A stretch of DNA of 64,000 nucleotides from Vicinamibacterales bacterium (GTDB taxonomy: Bacteria; Acidobacteriota; Vicinamibacteria; Vicinamibacterales; UBA8438), in the NCBI GenBank assembly GCA_965197375.1, contig CBDAMZ010000008.1, forward strand, positions 229,398-293,397, read 5' to 3'. Shown one piece after another: positions 46,964-57,243 of this stretch. The notes beneath the pieces are model-generated. The model searched no databases and had not been told where the DNA came from. It was given only the letters and a program-made list of their open reading frames with translations. Each line of letters begins with the position of its first letter. Position 1 is the first letter of the stretch. The position numbers and the translations under genes were made by a program.

Positions 46964-49297
46964 CTACGGATCCTCGTAAGTGCGTTGGTAGGCCATGTAG
47001 TTTGCTAGCACTTCGCGAACGAACCGTCGGGTTTCGGAGTAGGGGATGGTGTCGATGAAGAAATCCTCTGGCAGGTGGCGTGCTGCGGCCCACCAGATCG
47101 CCGCGCGTTTCTCGCCGGCGTTGTAGGATGCGATGACAGGAGCGATTGCGGAGTCGAACATCTCGAGCAGGTTGGCGTTCAGTCTGGCTGCGATCGCCGA
47201 GTTGACGGCCGGGTTGGTCAGTGCGGTCTCATCGACACCGTCGGCGCCGATAATTTCACCAACGCCCGCGCTGTCGGCAAGCGCCTCAGCCGTGTAGGGC
47301 ATGATCTGGTACAGCCCAATTGCTCCAACAGGTGACCGGGCAGCGGGATCGAACCGTGACTCCTGGCGCATCAGAGCCAACAGTAGGACAGGGTCCACGC
47401 CGTGTGACCTAGCGGATCTGTAGGTGGTCTCCCAGAATGGGCGCGGGTAGACGAGCGTCCAGAAGTCGGCAGGAAGTCCGCGCGCGGGGCGCTGCAGAAA
47501 TGCCCCGAAGTGATTAGCGAGGATACGGGACACACTGGTGTAGTTGCCTGCTTTGGCCGACGCGCGCGCGGCTAGGAGTGCCAGGCCACGGTCGTGCCGG
47601 CGGCGGTTGAGGAGTCGCCGGACATACCAAGCGCCATCTTCTGTTAGGCCGGCCCGCGCCAACACCATCGCGGCTTTGAACTCTGGGCGCGCGCGCGTGG
47701 CGGTGCTGACTGATAGCATCGGGAAACGCAAAACAAAGTCGCTGTTCGGTTGAGCGTCTTCGACGCCGTTAGTTAGCTTGACGAGGCGCTCGCGGGCGCG
47801 CAGACCGTAGTAGTGGTACGGGAAGCCCTCGGCCACCGCACGAAACGATCGGGTCGCGGCACCCGTTTCACCAGCCCGTGCTTCGGCCACGGCGAGCCAG
47901 TAGAGTCCCGCCGGTCTGAGGTCACCACTGGGGCGCCGGTTGTTCAACCCGCGTAGGTTCGTCAGCGCCCGTGTGTTCTGCCCGGCGCGGAGCGCCGCGA
48001 CGCCGGCACGCCAGAGAATCGCGCGCTGGTTATCTGCTGACCGTGCCGTGCGAAACAACTCGTGGTACAGATCCAACCCGCCATCGACGTCACCGACAGC
48101 TACGAGATAGGACGCGAGCAGCTCGGCTGCATTTCGCCGGTTCCGGTTGGGCGTATCACCAACCCGATCTGCCCAGAGATCGAGGCCCAGCCGGCGCGCA
48201 CGGTCGGTATCGGCCATGCGTACCGCGAGCCGGAAGTCGATCTGACGGATGTTCGCCAGTAGACCGCTCGAACCAAACTGTTCGTAGAAGTGCGCACATG
48301 CGGCGACCGCCTCTTTGTTCGCCCTCTGAGCGTAGAGCGTTGAGATCCGCTCGGCCTCGATACGGTCTGCTCGGACGGGCGAGGAGTAGGCGTCGCGCCA
48401 CTCGTCGATGAGGCCGAGGGCCGCTTGGTAACGCGACGCGTTGCGGAGGCGGCGGACGAGCGTTCGATATTGGCCTTCGCCAAAGGGCCGGGGGACTCGA
48501 CTGGCCGCCTGTCCGAGGCGGTGCTCCTCGGCGCGTGCGGTCGTGAAAGTGTCCGCCGTCCAATGCTCAAGCTGGGCATCGCGCAACATGGCGAGGGCAG
48601 CGGTCCGATTGCCGGCGGTCTCGAGCGCCTGAGCGAGCCCTAGACGTGCGCGGTCAGCCGAAGTCCCGCGACGCTGGCGACTGAGGACCCGCCGATAGTG
48701 ATTAGCCGCCTGTTTGTGGTCGCCCTTCCGGCGGTAGGCGTCGGCGGTCCGTAGCATCATGTCGATATGGCGGGTTGCGTCTGAACGGGTCAGTTCCGCG
48801 AGGATTGCTCCGGCCGCTTCCGGCGCGCCGCGGCGGGTGAGGCTGTCGACGAGCGCTCGTCGCGAGAAGGTCCGCATCCAGATCTCACGATCGATCACTG
48901 CGTGCCAGAGGGCTTCCGCCTCCTCGGCCCGCCCGGCCTCGCCCAGCAGCACGGCGCGTAAGACGAGCGCCTCGAGCGGCTGGTTCGTGATTTGATCCGT
49001 CACCTCGCGGTTGAGTGCGATGAGCGCGTCAGGAACGCGGCCGTCCTTCCAGAGGGCGACCGCGGCAGGATACGTCGGATCAGGGAGTCGGAGATCCTCG
49101 TTGGCGGATTGTATGGTCGCCGTGGCGGCAAGGATGGCGAGGGTGAGCAGGAGGAGACGCTCGGGGACCACGGTCCTGATGAGACAGATGAGGAGGTCGC
49201 CTTCACTCAGGCTATCACGATGCATCACTAAGGACTCAACCTTAATGTTTATACTCCCTGCCACCCAAGATTCCATAGTCAACCGCGACAGGCCCAC
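46964..49297 (-). CDS. Soluble lytic transglycosylase with TPR repeats
   Basis: MRQESRF, GAIGLYQIMP, ASYNAG, IPYSETRRFV; start uncertain. Confidence 0.92.
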   Translation of the reverse strand: MGLSRLTMESWVAGSINIKVESLVMHRDSLSEGDLLICLIRTVVPERLLLLTLAILAATATIQSANEDLRLPDPTYPAAVALWKDGRVPDALIALNREVTDQITNQPLEALVLRAVLLGEAGRAEEAEALWHAVIDREIWMRTFSRRALVDSLTRRGAPEAAGAILAELTRSDATRHIDMMLRTADAYRRKGDHKQAANHYRRVLSRQRRGTSADRARLGLAQALETAGNRTAALAMLRDAQLEHWTADTFTTARAEEHRLGQAASRVPRPFGEGQYRTLVRRLRNASRYQAALGLIDEWRDAYSSPVRADRIEAERISTLYAQRANKEAVAACAHFYEQFGSSGLLANIRQIDFRLAVRMADTDRARRLGLDLWADRVGDTPNRNRRNAAELLASYLVAVGDVDGGLDLYHELFRTARSADNQRAILWRAGVAALRAGQNTRALTNLRGLNNRRPSGDLRPAGLYWLAVAEARAGETGAATRSFRAVAEGFPYHYYGLRARERLVKLTNGVEDAQPNSDFVLRFPMLSVSTATRARPEFKAAMVLARAGLTEDGAWYVRRLLNRRRHDRGLALLAARASAKAGNYTSVSRILANHFGAFLQRPARGLPADFWTLVYPRPFWETTYRSARSHGVDPVLLLALMRQESRFDPAARSPVGAIGLYQIMPYTAEALADSAGVGEIIGADGVDETALTNPAVNSAIAARLNANLLEMFDSAIAPVIASYNAGEKRAAIWWAAARHLPEDFFIDTIPYSETRRFVREVLANYMAYQRTYEDP

Positions 49298-49439
49298 TTG
49301 TCGCGCCCTTCCCGAGCGGCGTATGCCGCGTGGCTCGAGCGAGTCGGTTGTACGCGAGGGTCTTTCGGCTTGGCTGCACTACGCGTTAAAATATGGGCTG
49401 CAGTGTTTGTCGACAGCTCATACTGGGGGGTAAACCACA

Positions 49440-50456
49440 GTGAAAATTACACCAGGAAAGCTTGCTGGGATGCGGGCGGTCTCGACCGACCGGGGGACGA
49501 TCGCCGCCGCAGCCATGGATCAGCGTGGTTCATTAAAGAAAGCGCTCGCGAAAGGGAAGAACGGCAACGTAACTGACGCGATGATAGAGGAATTCAAGAC
49601 TGCGGTCACCGAGGTGCTTACCCCACACGCCTCCGCCATCCTGCTTGATCCTGAGTGGGGCCTGGAGGCCTCGAAGAAGCGAAGTCCAAACGCGGGTCTC
49701 TTACTGGCTTACGAACGGAGCGGATACGACAACACACGTCCAGGTCGCGTACCAGATCTCCTGGCCAACTGGTCGGTTCGCCGGCTTAAAGAGGCCGGCG
49801 CGGACTGTGTCAAAGTGCTCATTTATTACACGCCGTACGAAGCGAAGACCATTAACGAGGAAAAGCACGTATTCGTCGAGCGGATCGGGGATGAGTGCCG
49901 CACCAACGACATTCCGTTCTTCCTTGAGTTCGTCGGCTACGACCACGCCGGGGGTGACGAGAAGGGGCTCGAGTTCGCGAAGAAGAAGCCGCAGGTCGTA
50001 GCCAAGAGCATGGCGGAGTTTTCGAAACCTCGCTACGGCGTCGACGTTATGAAGGTCGAGATCCCCGTAAACATGAAGTTCGTCGAAGGTGCCACGAGCT
50101 TCACGGGCCAAAAGGTGTACACCAAAGCGGAGGCGATCGCGAACTTTCAGAGGGCGGCCGCTGCGGCGAAAAAGCCGTTCATCTATCTTTCGGCCGGTGT
50201 CGGCAACGCTGAATTTGCCGAGTCACTCGAGTTGGCGGGCGAGTCTGGGGTTCAGTTTTCTGGGGTGCTGTGTGGCCGAGCAACCTGGAAGGACGGCATT
50301 TCGCTCTATGCCACCCAGGGGGTCGACGCGTTTCGAGCGTGGCTAAAGACCGAGGGCATCAAGAACATCGATAACGTTAACGAGAGGCTCGCGGCTGCAC
50401 GCTCCTGGTTCGAAATCTACGGCGTCAGTTCCGCCGACGAGCTCGTGACGGCATAA
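49440..50456 (+). CDS. lacD: Tagatose-1,6-bisphosphate aldolase family (class I)
   Basis: AMDQRGSL, SAILLDPE, AYERSGYD, VDVMKVEIPVN, PFIYLSAGV, GVLCGRATW. Confidence 0.9.
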   Translation: MKITPGKLAGMRAVSTDRGTIAAAAMDQRGSLKKALAKGKNGNVTDAMIEEFKTAVTEVLTPHASAILLDPEWGLEASKKRSPNAGLLLAYERSGYDNTRPGRVPDLLANWSVRRLKEAGADCVKVLIYYTPYEAKTINEEKHVFVERIGDECRTNDIPFFLEFVGYDHAGGDEKGLEFAKKKPQVVAKSMAEFSKPRYGVDVMKVEIPVNMKFVEGATSFTGQKVYTKAEAIANFQRAAAAAKKPFIYLSAGVGNAEFAESLELAGESGVQFSGVLCGRATWKDGISLYATQGVDAFRAWLKTEGIKNIDNVNERLAAARSWFEIYGVSSADELVTA

Positions 50457-50474
50457 ATCCGTCAACGGTCTCCC

Positions 50475-50735
50475 TTGATTTACCGCTACCACCAGCTGGT
50501 GCTCGAAGAGCTCGAGCGTCACGGCGTCCGCCCGACACCGACAACCCGACCTGAGTTCGTGCACGAGTACGTCAGTGACCTCTATCGCTTCGAGCTGCGA
50601 CGCCTCCGAGGCCGGCACGTCCGGGGTGATATTCCGAAGGCTGGCTATTCGAAGCAGGTCATCGAGCTTCGCAAGAAGTACGTCCTCGTTTCGATTCCGG
50701 TGGGGCTGTGGACGGCGGACGAGTCGACTTGTTGA
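50475..50735 (+). CDS. Small hypothetical protein
   Basis: 86-aa helical, protein-like ORF following lacD (HGVRP...DLYRFELRRLR). Confidence 0.65.
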   Translation: MIYRYHQLVLEELERHGVRPTPTTRPEFVHEYVSDLYRFELRRLRGRHVRGDIPKAGYSKQVIELRKKYVLVSIPVGLWTADESTC

Positions 50736-50856
50736 GCGGTGCTGCCTGGGCGCGTTCCCATCGTATGGCCCGCATTCAGGAGCTGCCAACTTGGCTAACA
50801 CGGCATTCGACACACAATGGTGAAGTTTGCCGCTGTTGGACTGCTAGGATTGAAGC

Positions 50857-51891
50857 ATGGTGCTGCTGGTTCTGCTGGTGCTTGGCCTTGCGGTCGCGTT
50901 TTTAATCGTGACCTGGCGGCTGCGGAATGCCAGTGATCACGAGGGAACTGCACAAACGCGGCTTTCGGCCGTTCTTGAGAGTCTGTCCGTAGGGTTTTCC
51001 GTCTGGAACGAGGACGGCCGGCTCGTCACCTGCAACGGTCGGTTCCGAGGGTTCTACGCGGGAGTCGACCTTAAACCGGGACTTGCCTTCGAGGACTTGA
51101 CGCGCTTCACTGCGACGCGTGGCCTGGTTTACGTTCCTGAGGATCAGATCGAACGCTGGGTCACCGACCGCGTGGGCCGGTTCGGTCATGCTTCCCACGA
51201 AGAGGTGCGCGTGGCGGATGACCGCTGGCTTGAAATAAGAACCATTCCCACCGGTCTCGGTGAGACGGTGGTGCTGTATGCCGACGTCACCGGTCAACAC
51301 GAGACGGCATCAGCGCTCGACGCGTGTCGTCAGCGGCTGGAGTATTGGTCGACCCGACTTGCTCTCCTACATCGCGCGGTGGAGGTTGGTGCCAGCGGGT
51401 CGTCGTTTGATGAGGCTGTGCAGGTGGTGCTGGCGCTGGTGGGTGAGTGGGCCGGATGGCCGGCCGGCTCTGCTTATCTCGTGGCGGCGGATAAGAACTG
51501 CGCGCCCGATCCGACCGGTATTTGGTACCTCGCCGAAGCCGGTACGTTCGCCTCGCTGCGGTCACTGACAAATCGGAAAGGCCTTCCCTCTTGTAGCGAT
51601 GCCGTGCTTGGGCAAGCGGTGCAGTCTGGCAAGGTGACCTGGGTGACCAACCTTGAAGTCGATCCCCGCATTTCTGATGTGAGTCGGGCCGCGTTGTCAG
51701 GGATCCGGGGCATTTGCGCCGTGCCGATCAAGTCGGGGGGACAGGTGGTGGCTCTGTTGGAATTTTTCTCGCGCGAACAGCTGACGTCTGATGATTCGAT
51801 GGCGCGATTGGTCAGCAGTGTCGCCAACCAGCTCGGACGCGTCTACGAACGCACGCGGGCCATTGAAGCCGTCAGACGTCCCCAACCCTAA
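50857..51891 (+). CDS. Membrane-anchored PAS (PAS_7-like) plus GAF protein with no output domain
   Basis: N-terminal TM, DGRLVTCN..F, RWLEI, DVT, coiled coil, GAF with AVPIKSGGQVVALLEFF. Confidence 0.8.
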   Translation: MVLLVLLVLGLAVAFLIVTWRLRNASDHEGTAQTRLSAVLESLSVGFSVWNEDGRLVTCNGRFRGFYAGVDLKPGLAFEDLTRFTATRGLVYVPEDQIERWVTDRVGRFGHASHEEVRVADDRWLEIRTIPTGLGETVVLYADVTGQHETASALDACRQRLEYWSTRLALLHRAVEVGASGSSFDEAVQVVLALVGEWAGWPAGSAYLVAADKNCAPDPTGIWYLAEAGTFASLRSLTNRKGLPSCSDAVLGQAVQSGKVTWVTNLEVDPRISDVSRAALSGIRGICAVPIKSGGQVVALLEFFSREQLTSDDSMARLVSSVANQLGRVYERTRAIEAVRRPQP

Positions 51892-52508
51892 ATGCGCGCT
51901 ATCCGTTGGACGTGCTCCAGAATTCGCGTCACGTTTTTCTCCGGTGCATCCGCCCCGTTGACGACGACGTCGGCAAGTTGTCGTGTTGGTGCCGCGTAAC
52001 GCGCGTACATCGGCTGCACAGTTGTAGCCCACTGCGCTCGTACCGACGCCTCTGTACGCCAGCGCTCGCTCATGTCACGCGCGAGCCGCCTCGCCAGGCA
52101 GGTCGACTCGTTGGCCACGATGAACGCCAGAGTGTGGAGCAGCTCCCGGAGTTCCGGCCAGTGCAGCGCCAAGACGCCTTCGACGATGACGAATCGCCCC
52201 GGCTCGACCCGCTCGGTGCCGTCGGCCCGCGTGTGGCCCTGGAAGTCGTAGACTGGCCGTTTGATGGCTTGGCCGACGGCGAGGCAGCGGAGGTGCTTCA
52301 AAAGCAGCTCGACATCGATCGCCTTGGGCTCGTCGTAGTTCAGCGCCACCCTCATTTCGTCTGACAGGGCTGCCCGGTCGCGATAGTACGCATCGATGGG
52401 GATGACCGGCGTCGGGCGGTCGGCGAGGCGGCCGGCCAGGCGATGGGCGAGTGCCGTCTTGCCGGCGCCAGACGCCCCGGCGATGCCGATGAGGTATGGG
52501 TGCGTCAC
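51888..52508 (-). CDS. udk: Uridine kinase
   Basis: IGIAGASGAGKT, DAYY, NYDEP, PVYDF, IVEG, RRLARD. Confidence 0.92.
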   Translation of the reverse strand: MTHPYLIGIAGASGAGKTALAHRLAGRLADRPTPVIPIDAYYRDRAALSDEMRVALNYDEPKAIDVELLLKHLRCLAVGQAIKRPVYDFQGHTRADGTERVEPGRFVIVEGVLALHWPELRELLHTLAFIVANESTCLARRLARDMSERWRTEASVRAQWATTVQPMYARYAAPTRQLADVVVNGADAPEKNVTRILEHVQRIARI

Positions 52509-52529
52509 CGCTCGTTATAGAATCCTGCT
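52509..52529. promoter_or_regulatory. Overlapping divergent -10 elements
   Basis: TAGAAT (+, 52518-52523) 6 nt before ATG 52530; TATAAC (-, 52514-52519) 5 nt before GTG 52508. Confidence 0.5.
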
Positions 52530-53324
52530 ATGGATGCACTGCCGGCCGCCACTCGATCGGCCCCAGCAACGACCCATGATACTAACCAGGCGCCGGAGAC
52601 GCCCGATCTGCGGGAGCACGGCGCCCCAGCTCGCGGGCAGCCGCAAAGCCTGAACCGACGGTTGTTTGTCCAGCTCCACGTTTTCACAGGGTGCCTGGAT
52701 TCCACCGCCGTCGTCGATGCGGCACGCCTGAATGGGCTCGATACTGCTGTTTACGCCAACCTCAACGATCCTAGCGGCGTGGGCGTGCTTGTCATGAGCG
52801 AGGACCCGTCGGTCTTTGCCGAGGCGGCACGCCGTCTGCTCGTGCAGCCCCCGTTCAGCGAGTTGACACTGCTCCCGGACTTCACAATGCTCGGCCGCAC
52901 CTATTCGTCCGGTCGCGAGCAGGACTTAGTGGATTTCCTTCTCCATAAGGTTCCGCGCAACGTGCTGAACCCCGCATACCCCTGGGCGGTGTGGTATCCG
53001 CTCCGGCGGATCGGTGCCTTCAACCGGCTCCCCAAGGCCGAGCAAGGCAAAATCCTGATGGAGCATGGCATGCTGGGGCGCCGCTATGGCGCGGCGGGGT
53101 ACGCGGTTGATGTGCGCTTGGAGTGCCACGGAGTGGATCGCGACGACAACGAGTTTGTGATCGGTCTGATCGGGCCTGAGCTTTATCCGCTCTCCAGATT
53201 GGTCAAGGACATGCGGTCGACGCGCCAGACTTCAGAGTTTATTCAGACAATGGGCCCCTTCTTCGTCGGCAAGGCGCTGTTTCAGTCACCGGTGCCCGCA
53301 GCCGCGGGGCGGGAAAGGGGCTGA
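52530..53324 (+). CDS. Chlorite dismutase / coproheme decarboxylase superfamily heme protein
   Basis: WYPLRR, LP..EQ..ILMEHG, G.D..D.EFVIGL, LVKDMR, GPFFVG. Confidence 0.88.
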   Translation: MDALPAATRSAPATTHDTNQAPETPDLREHGAPARGQPQSLNRRLFVQLHVFTGCLDSTAVVDAARLNGLDTAVYANLNDPSGVGVLVMSEDPSVFAEAARRLLVQPPFSELTLLPDFTMLGRTYSSGREQDLVDFLLHKVPRNVLNPAYPWAVWYPLRRIGAFNRLPKAEQGKILMEHGMLGRRYGAAGYAVDVRLECHGVDRDDNEFVIGLIGPELYPLSRLVKDMRSTRQTSEFIQTMGPFFVGKALFQSPVPAAAGRERG

Positions 53325-53560
53325 GTACTAGGCAGCGGCTCGTGGGGTAACAAGGCACGCTCGGGTTTTAACGCGCTGTTATTTGTTGTCTCGATGAAGC
53401 AGGCCAACCCGATCTGGTGTACAGCGATGCCGACGATGCACCTGGTGATCCTCACACGGCCCAGACACCGCCGGCAGGAGGCCGATGAAGAACGGTCTCG
53501 CGCGCTGGAGACTTGCCAAACTAAGAACGAAACCGACCGCGGTCGATCGAGCAAGCTACA

Positions 53561-54451
53561 ATGAGCCGCCGGAGCATTGCTCTCGCGCTCGTCGGTCTCT
53601 GGGTTCCAGCCGCGGCGAGCCAATCGCAAGAGGGCGACGTCACGCTCTTGGTTACCCACCGCGCGCGTGCCGTGGAGCCGGGTGAGGTGGTCGTGCTTGA
53701 GGTGCAGGTGTCGGAGCCGCCGGCTTCACTGCGGGCAACTGCCTTTGGCAGCCTGATACGCTTCTACCCGTCTGGAATGGATGACCTTTGGCGCGGGCTG
53801 ATTGGCATCGATCTGACGACCGACGCTGGGGACTACCCGGTGGCAGTGCGTGCCACGACGGCCGGGGGCGCGACGATGCGGCGCACATACACCCTCACGG
53901 TGCACCCGAAGGACTTTCCCACACGCCATCTCGACGTTGATCCCAGGTTTGTGAGCCCACCTCCAGAGGAGCTCGAACGCATTCGGCGCGAGGCGCGTGA
54001 GGTGGCTGAGGTCTTCCGGGTCTCGAGTGGTGAGCGGCTCTGGAGCGGTCGGTTTCTCGCGCCGGTACCGGGGCAGGCCACCAGCAGTTTTGGTCGGCGC
54101 AGCATCTTTAACGGGCAACCCAGACGCCCTCACAGCGGGGCTGATTTTCGAGCCGGGGAGGGAATGGCTGTGAGGGCCCCGAACGGCGGGCGCGTGGTGC
54201 TGGCTGCCAATCACTATTTCTCAGGCAATGTCGTGGTTCTTGACCACGGGTGGGGGCTGTATTCCTACTTCGCCCACCTGTCGGTTATTGACGTCTCGGA
54301 AGGTGAGCTGGTCGCGCGTGGAACGGTGGTGGGAAGGGTTGGCGCCACGGGGCGGGTAACCGGGCCACACCTGCACTGGACCGTTCGCCTCAACGACGCC
54401 AGGGTCGACCCCGTTTCGCTGATGGCGCTGTTGCCTGACTCGCCTCCCTAA
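53561..54451 (+). CDS. M23 metallopeptidase, exported
   Basis: HSGAD, LDHG, FAHL, GPHLH. Confidence 0.93.
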   Translation: MSRRSIALALVGLWVPAAASQSQEGDVTLLVTHRARAVEPGEVVVLEVQVSEPPASLRATAFGSLIRFYPSGMDDLWRGLIGIDLTTDAGDYPVAVRATTAGGATMRRTYTLTVHPKDFPTRHLDVDPRFVSPPPEELERIRREAREVAEVFRVSSGERLWSGRFLAPVPGQATSSFGRRSIFNGQPRRPHSGADFRAGEGMAVRAPNGGRVVLAANHYFSGNVVVLDHGWGLYSYFAHLSVIDVSEGELVARGTVVGRVGATGRVTGPHLHWTVRLNDARVDPVSLMALLPDSPP

Positions 54452-54673
54452 ACCCGAGCTTCAGAAGTCCGCAGAAGAATTGAGTGGTGAATCTCGACGT
54501 TGATTTCGGCCGTGGTGAGTTCGTAGAGGTGCGGCGCCTGGATGCCGCTACTGCTGCTGAGTACGACCCGTCGCTCGGTCAGCGATTGGACCTGAGTAGT
54601 CGCGCGCGGTGCCGGCCAGGTTCAGAAGGACGATCCCGACAACGATGGCTATATGTTCTGATCCCGGCGTTAC

Positions 54674-56363
54674 TCATTCGGTCCCGACGGCCGTCCACGC
54701 AGCCGCCACGGCCTGCTCGGTGGCGCTTCCGGCACCGAACAGATCACGAGCGGACTGAATGGTGGCTGAGCGAGCAATCGCGAACGTGGCGTCGGCTGGC
54801 AGCATCATCGTGAAGGCGCGAAAAAACACCCGTTCGATCTTGGCCCGGTTATTCGCGCCTACGCCTGTCACCGTGATGCCGGATGTGTGGTACTCCCCCC
54901 CTTCGATCGTTAGATAAAAGGCGTGGGCGGCGATTAGCGAATTGGTGTGCACACCGCCATTGTCGGCATTACCGAGGAAGCGGACGGAGTAGTGGTCAGG
55001 ATCCCCAAGGGATCTCGGATCGACCAGTGACCTCATCCCGCCTGGCTTGAGGACGTCCTCACCAATAAGATAGTCGGGCTGCTCTGGTTGGTGCCGTCCA
55101 CTTTCCGCGATGAAGAACTCTACGCCGGTGCCGACGATGTCCGAAAATGCCTCATTTAAAGCCCCAGACTCGTTTTGGTAGATCAACTTCGATGTGAAGC
55201 TGGTCACTGCATGTGCGAGCTCATGCGCCACGACATCGAGAGCGGCTGCGAAGAAGTCGACTGACTGGCGTGTGCTGCTCAGCACGAAGCCTGGTGGCAA
55301 TCCTTCACCGTAGACCACCATTCCGTGTGGACCGCACGCGCCCCCGACGGAAGGTGGGCAGAAAAACGCATTCAGGTGAAAGAGGGAGACGATTTCCGAG
55401 GGGACGTCGAGGAGGTCCGAGCGCTTGATGGGATGCACCAAGTAACTATTGGACTGTCGTTTCCGTCCAAGCCGCGTCGGCCGAAACGGTCAAACAGGTA
55501 ATCGTACGTCCAGCCGGCTCCGACGTGGCCATCGACGTTCGCGCCATCCAACCAGTCGTTATCTTCGTCACTTGCGAGATCGGCGTCGACAAGCGGCACC
55601 AGTCCCTCCAGGATATCGAGCGTCCGTTGCCAGTCCCCTCGCATGTCGTACGTCGTGATCAGCGGAGGCCTAAGCGCATCATCTGCTCGAAACACGCCGG
55701 CTGTCGCGCGGACGCTGATCTTCTTGTGTCGCCCTTGACGCCTCGTCCAAGGCCAACGGCGCAGTCGTTACACGGCAGGCGGGCAATCTGTGTCTTCAGG
55801 TCGTTGTACTCCCGGATGATCGAGCCCGTGTGGGCGTCGACGAAGTGCACTGTGGGGCCACTCGACGAAAAAGCGCGTGCGCGGTAGGAGAGTCGATAGC
55901 GGCCCGTGTCGGCGTGAACGATGACGAGCTCGGGTTGAGCAGACGGCGCGACATTGACACCGGGGCGCATTCCGACGACGGCGCGTGCGTCATCTGCCGA
56001 CAAGGTGGGGGTTGTATCGAGCTCGACGTTGGTGTGGAGCCGGCCGAAGATCGATGTCGTCAAACCGTGTTCGGTCTGCCTGGTCACGTCAGCTCCAAAC
56101 ACTCGAACGCCGTGGTGATACTGTGCCAACCGCTCGTGCGAGCGGCCTGGGATCAGGGTGTCCTCGACGCGCTGGACGTTCTGTAGATCGCCGATCCTAA
56201 GCATCCGGTCGATGATTTCATCGACTTCGCGTAGCTCGGGCAGCTCGGTCGTGGCGATCGTCAGCCCCCCCCTCGGTCCTTGAAGCACGGGTCTGGCCGG
56301 GGTCGCGATCGTCAGGCATGTTGCGGTCCCGATCGCCACGATAAAACGTCTCACTGGTTGCAT
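54674..56363 (-). pseudogene. M4 (thermolysin-family) metalloprotease, broken by two frameshifts
   Basis: Signal plus FTP/PepSY propeptide (QYHHGVRVFG), NAF, DVVAHELAH, ESGALNEAFSD, DNGGVHTNS; single-base deletions near 55727 and 55443. Confidence 0.88.
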
Positions 56364-56507
56364 GTCTCTCCCGGTGGTGGCATCACTCGGCGGCTCTGAT
56401 TCATTACGATAGCGGTGCCATGCAGGCACAGTGCAGCCCCGGTGGGAGCGAGAAGCGGCGTTTTTGTGAGGCAAGCAACGTGAGTTGTTCACTCGCAGAC
56501 AGGTCAA

Positions 56508-57116
56508 TTACGACAGCCACGGCTGGATGATACCGGCCAGTCGCAGCAGCTCAGTCTCATTTGCAGGGAGCACCTCGAGATTATTGCGGACCTTTGCAAG
56601 CATGAGGAGGCCATGGAGGCACGCGACCAGCGCCTCGGCTGCCCGCTCGGGCTCGCCAACTGAGACCTCGCCGGCGTCCGATGCGGCGGCCAACAGTTTC
56701 GCCAGCACCGCTGTTTCGCGCGTGAAGAGCTCGTTTACACGCTTGGCCACTTCGGGGTCTCGCGCGCCCAGCTCGACTGCTAGATTACCGATCAGCGAGC
56801 CGTGTACCCGGCCGTTCTTTTCCCGATCGGCGTAGTGATATGCGAACAGGTCTTGAAGGTATCGACGCAGCTGAATGAGCGGCCGCGACGGGATCTGACT
56901 CTCCCAGTCGGTCAGCAGACCGGTCTCGTCCCAGGCGCTGGCGAGCACTTCCAGGAGCAGCTCCCGCTTCGAGGAAAAGAAGTGGTAGAAACTTCCCTTG
57001 TTTATCTCGGCGGCTGAGCACAGCTCGGCGACCCCTACGGCTTCGAAGCCGCGGCCTCGGAACAGCGCGTGGGCGCTGGCAAGCAGCCGTTCCCGCGAGT
57101 CACTGCTTCGACTCAT
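56508..57116 (-). CDS. TetR/AcrR (NemR-like) transcriptional regulator
   Basis: LLASAHALFRGRGFEAVGV...KGSFYHFFSSK; likely start MSRSSD at 57116. Confidence 0.92.
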   Translation of the reverse strand: MSRSSDSRERLLASAHALFRGRGFEAVGVAELCSAAEINKGSFYHFFSSKRELLLEVLASAWDETGLLTDWESQIPSRPLIQLRRYLQDLFAYHYADREKNGRVHGSLIGNLAVELGARDPEVAKRVNELFTRETAVLAKLLAAASDAGEVSVGEPERAAEALVACLHGLLMLAKVRNNLEVLPANETELLRLAGIIQPWLS

Positions 57117-57127
57117 ATGGGGCACAC

Positions 57128-57159
57128 AGCCTAGTCCAGGGGAAGTAGACTGGTCAACT
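57128..57159 (-). promoter_or_regulatory. TetR gene promoter with overlapping imperfect palindrome (candidate operator)
   Basis: Minus strand TTGACC-N18-TAGGCT; AGTAGACTGGTCAACT (57144-57159) covers the -35. Confidence 0.55.
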
Positions 57160-57243
57160 GCCTGGCAACTTGCGTTCAGCGCATGGTACCTGTCACGCTG
57201 GGCGGCCACTGGGGTTGTTGAGGGTTGTTTCGAGGAGGTTGAA

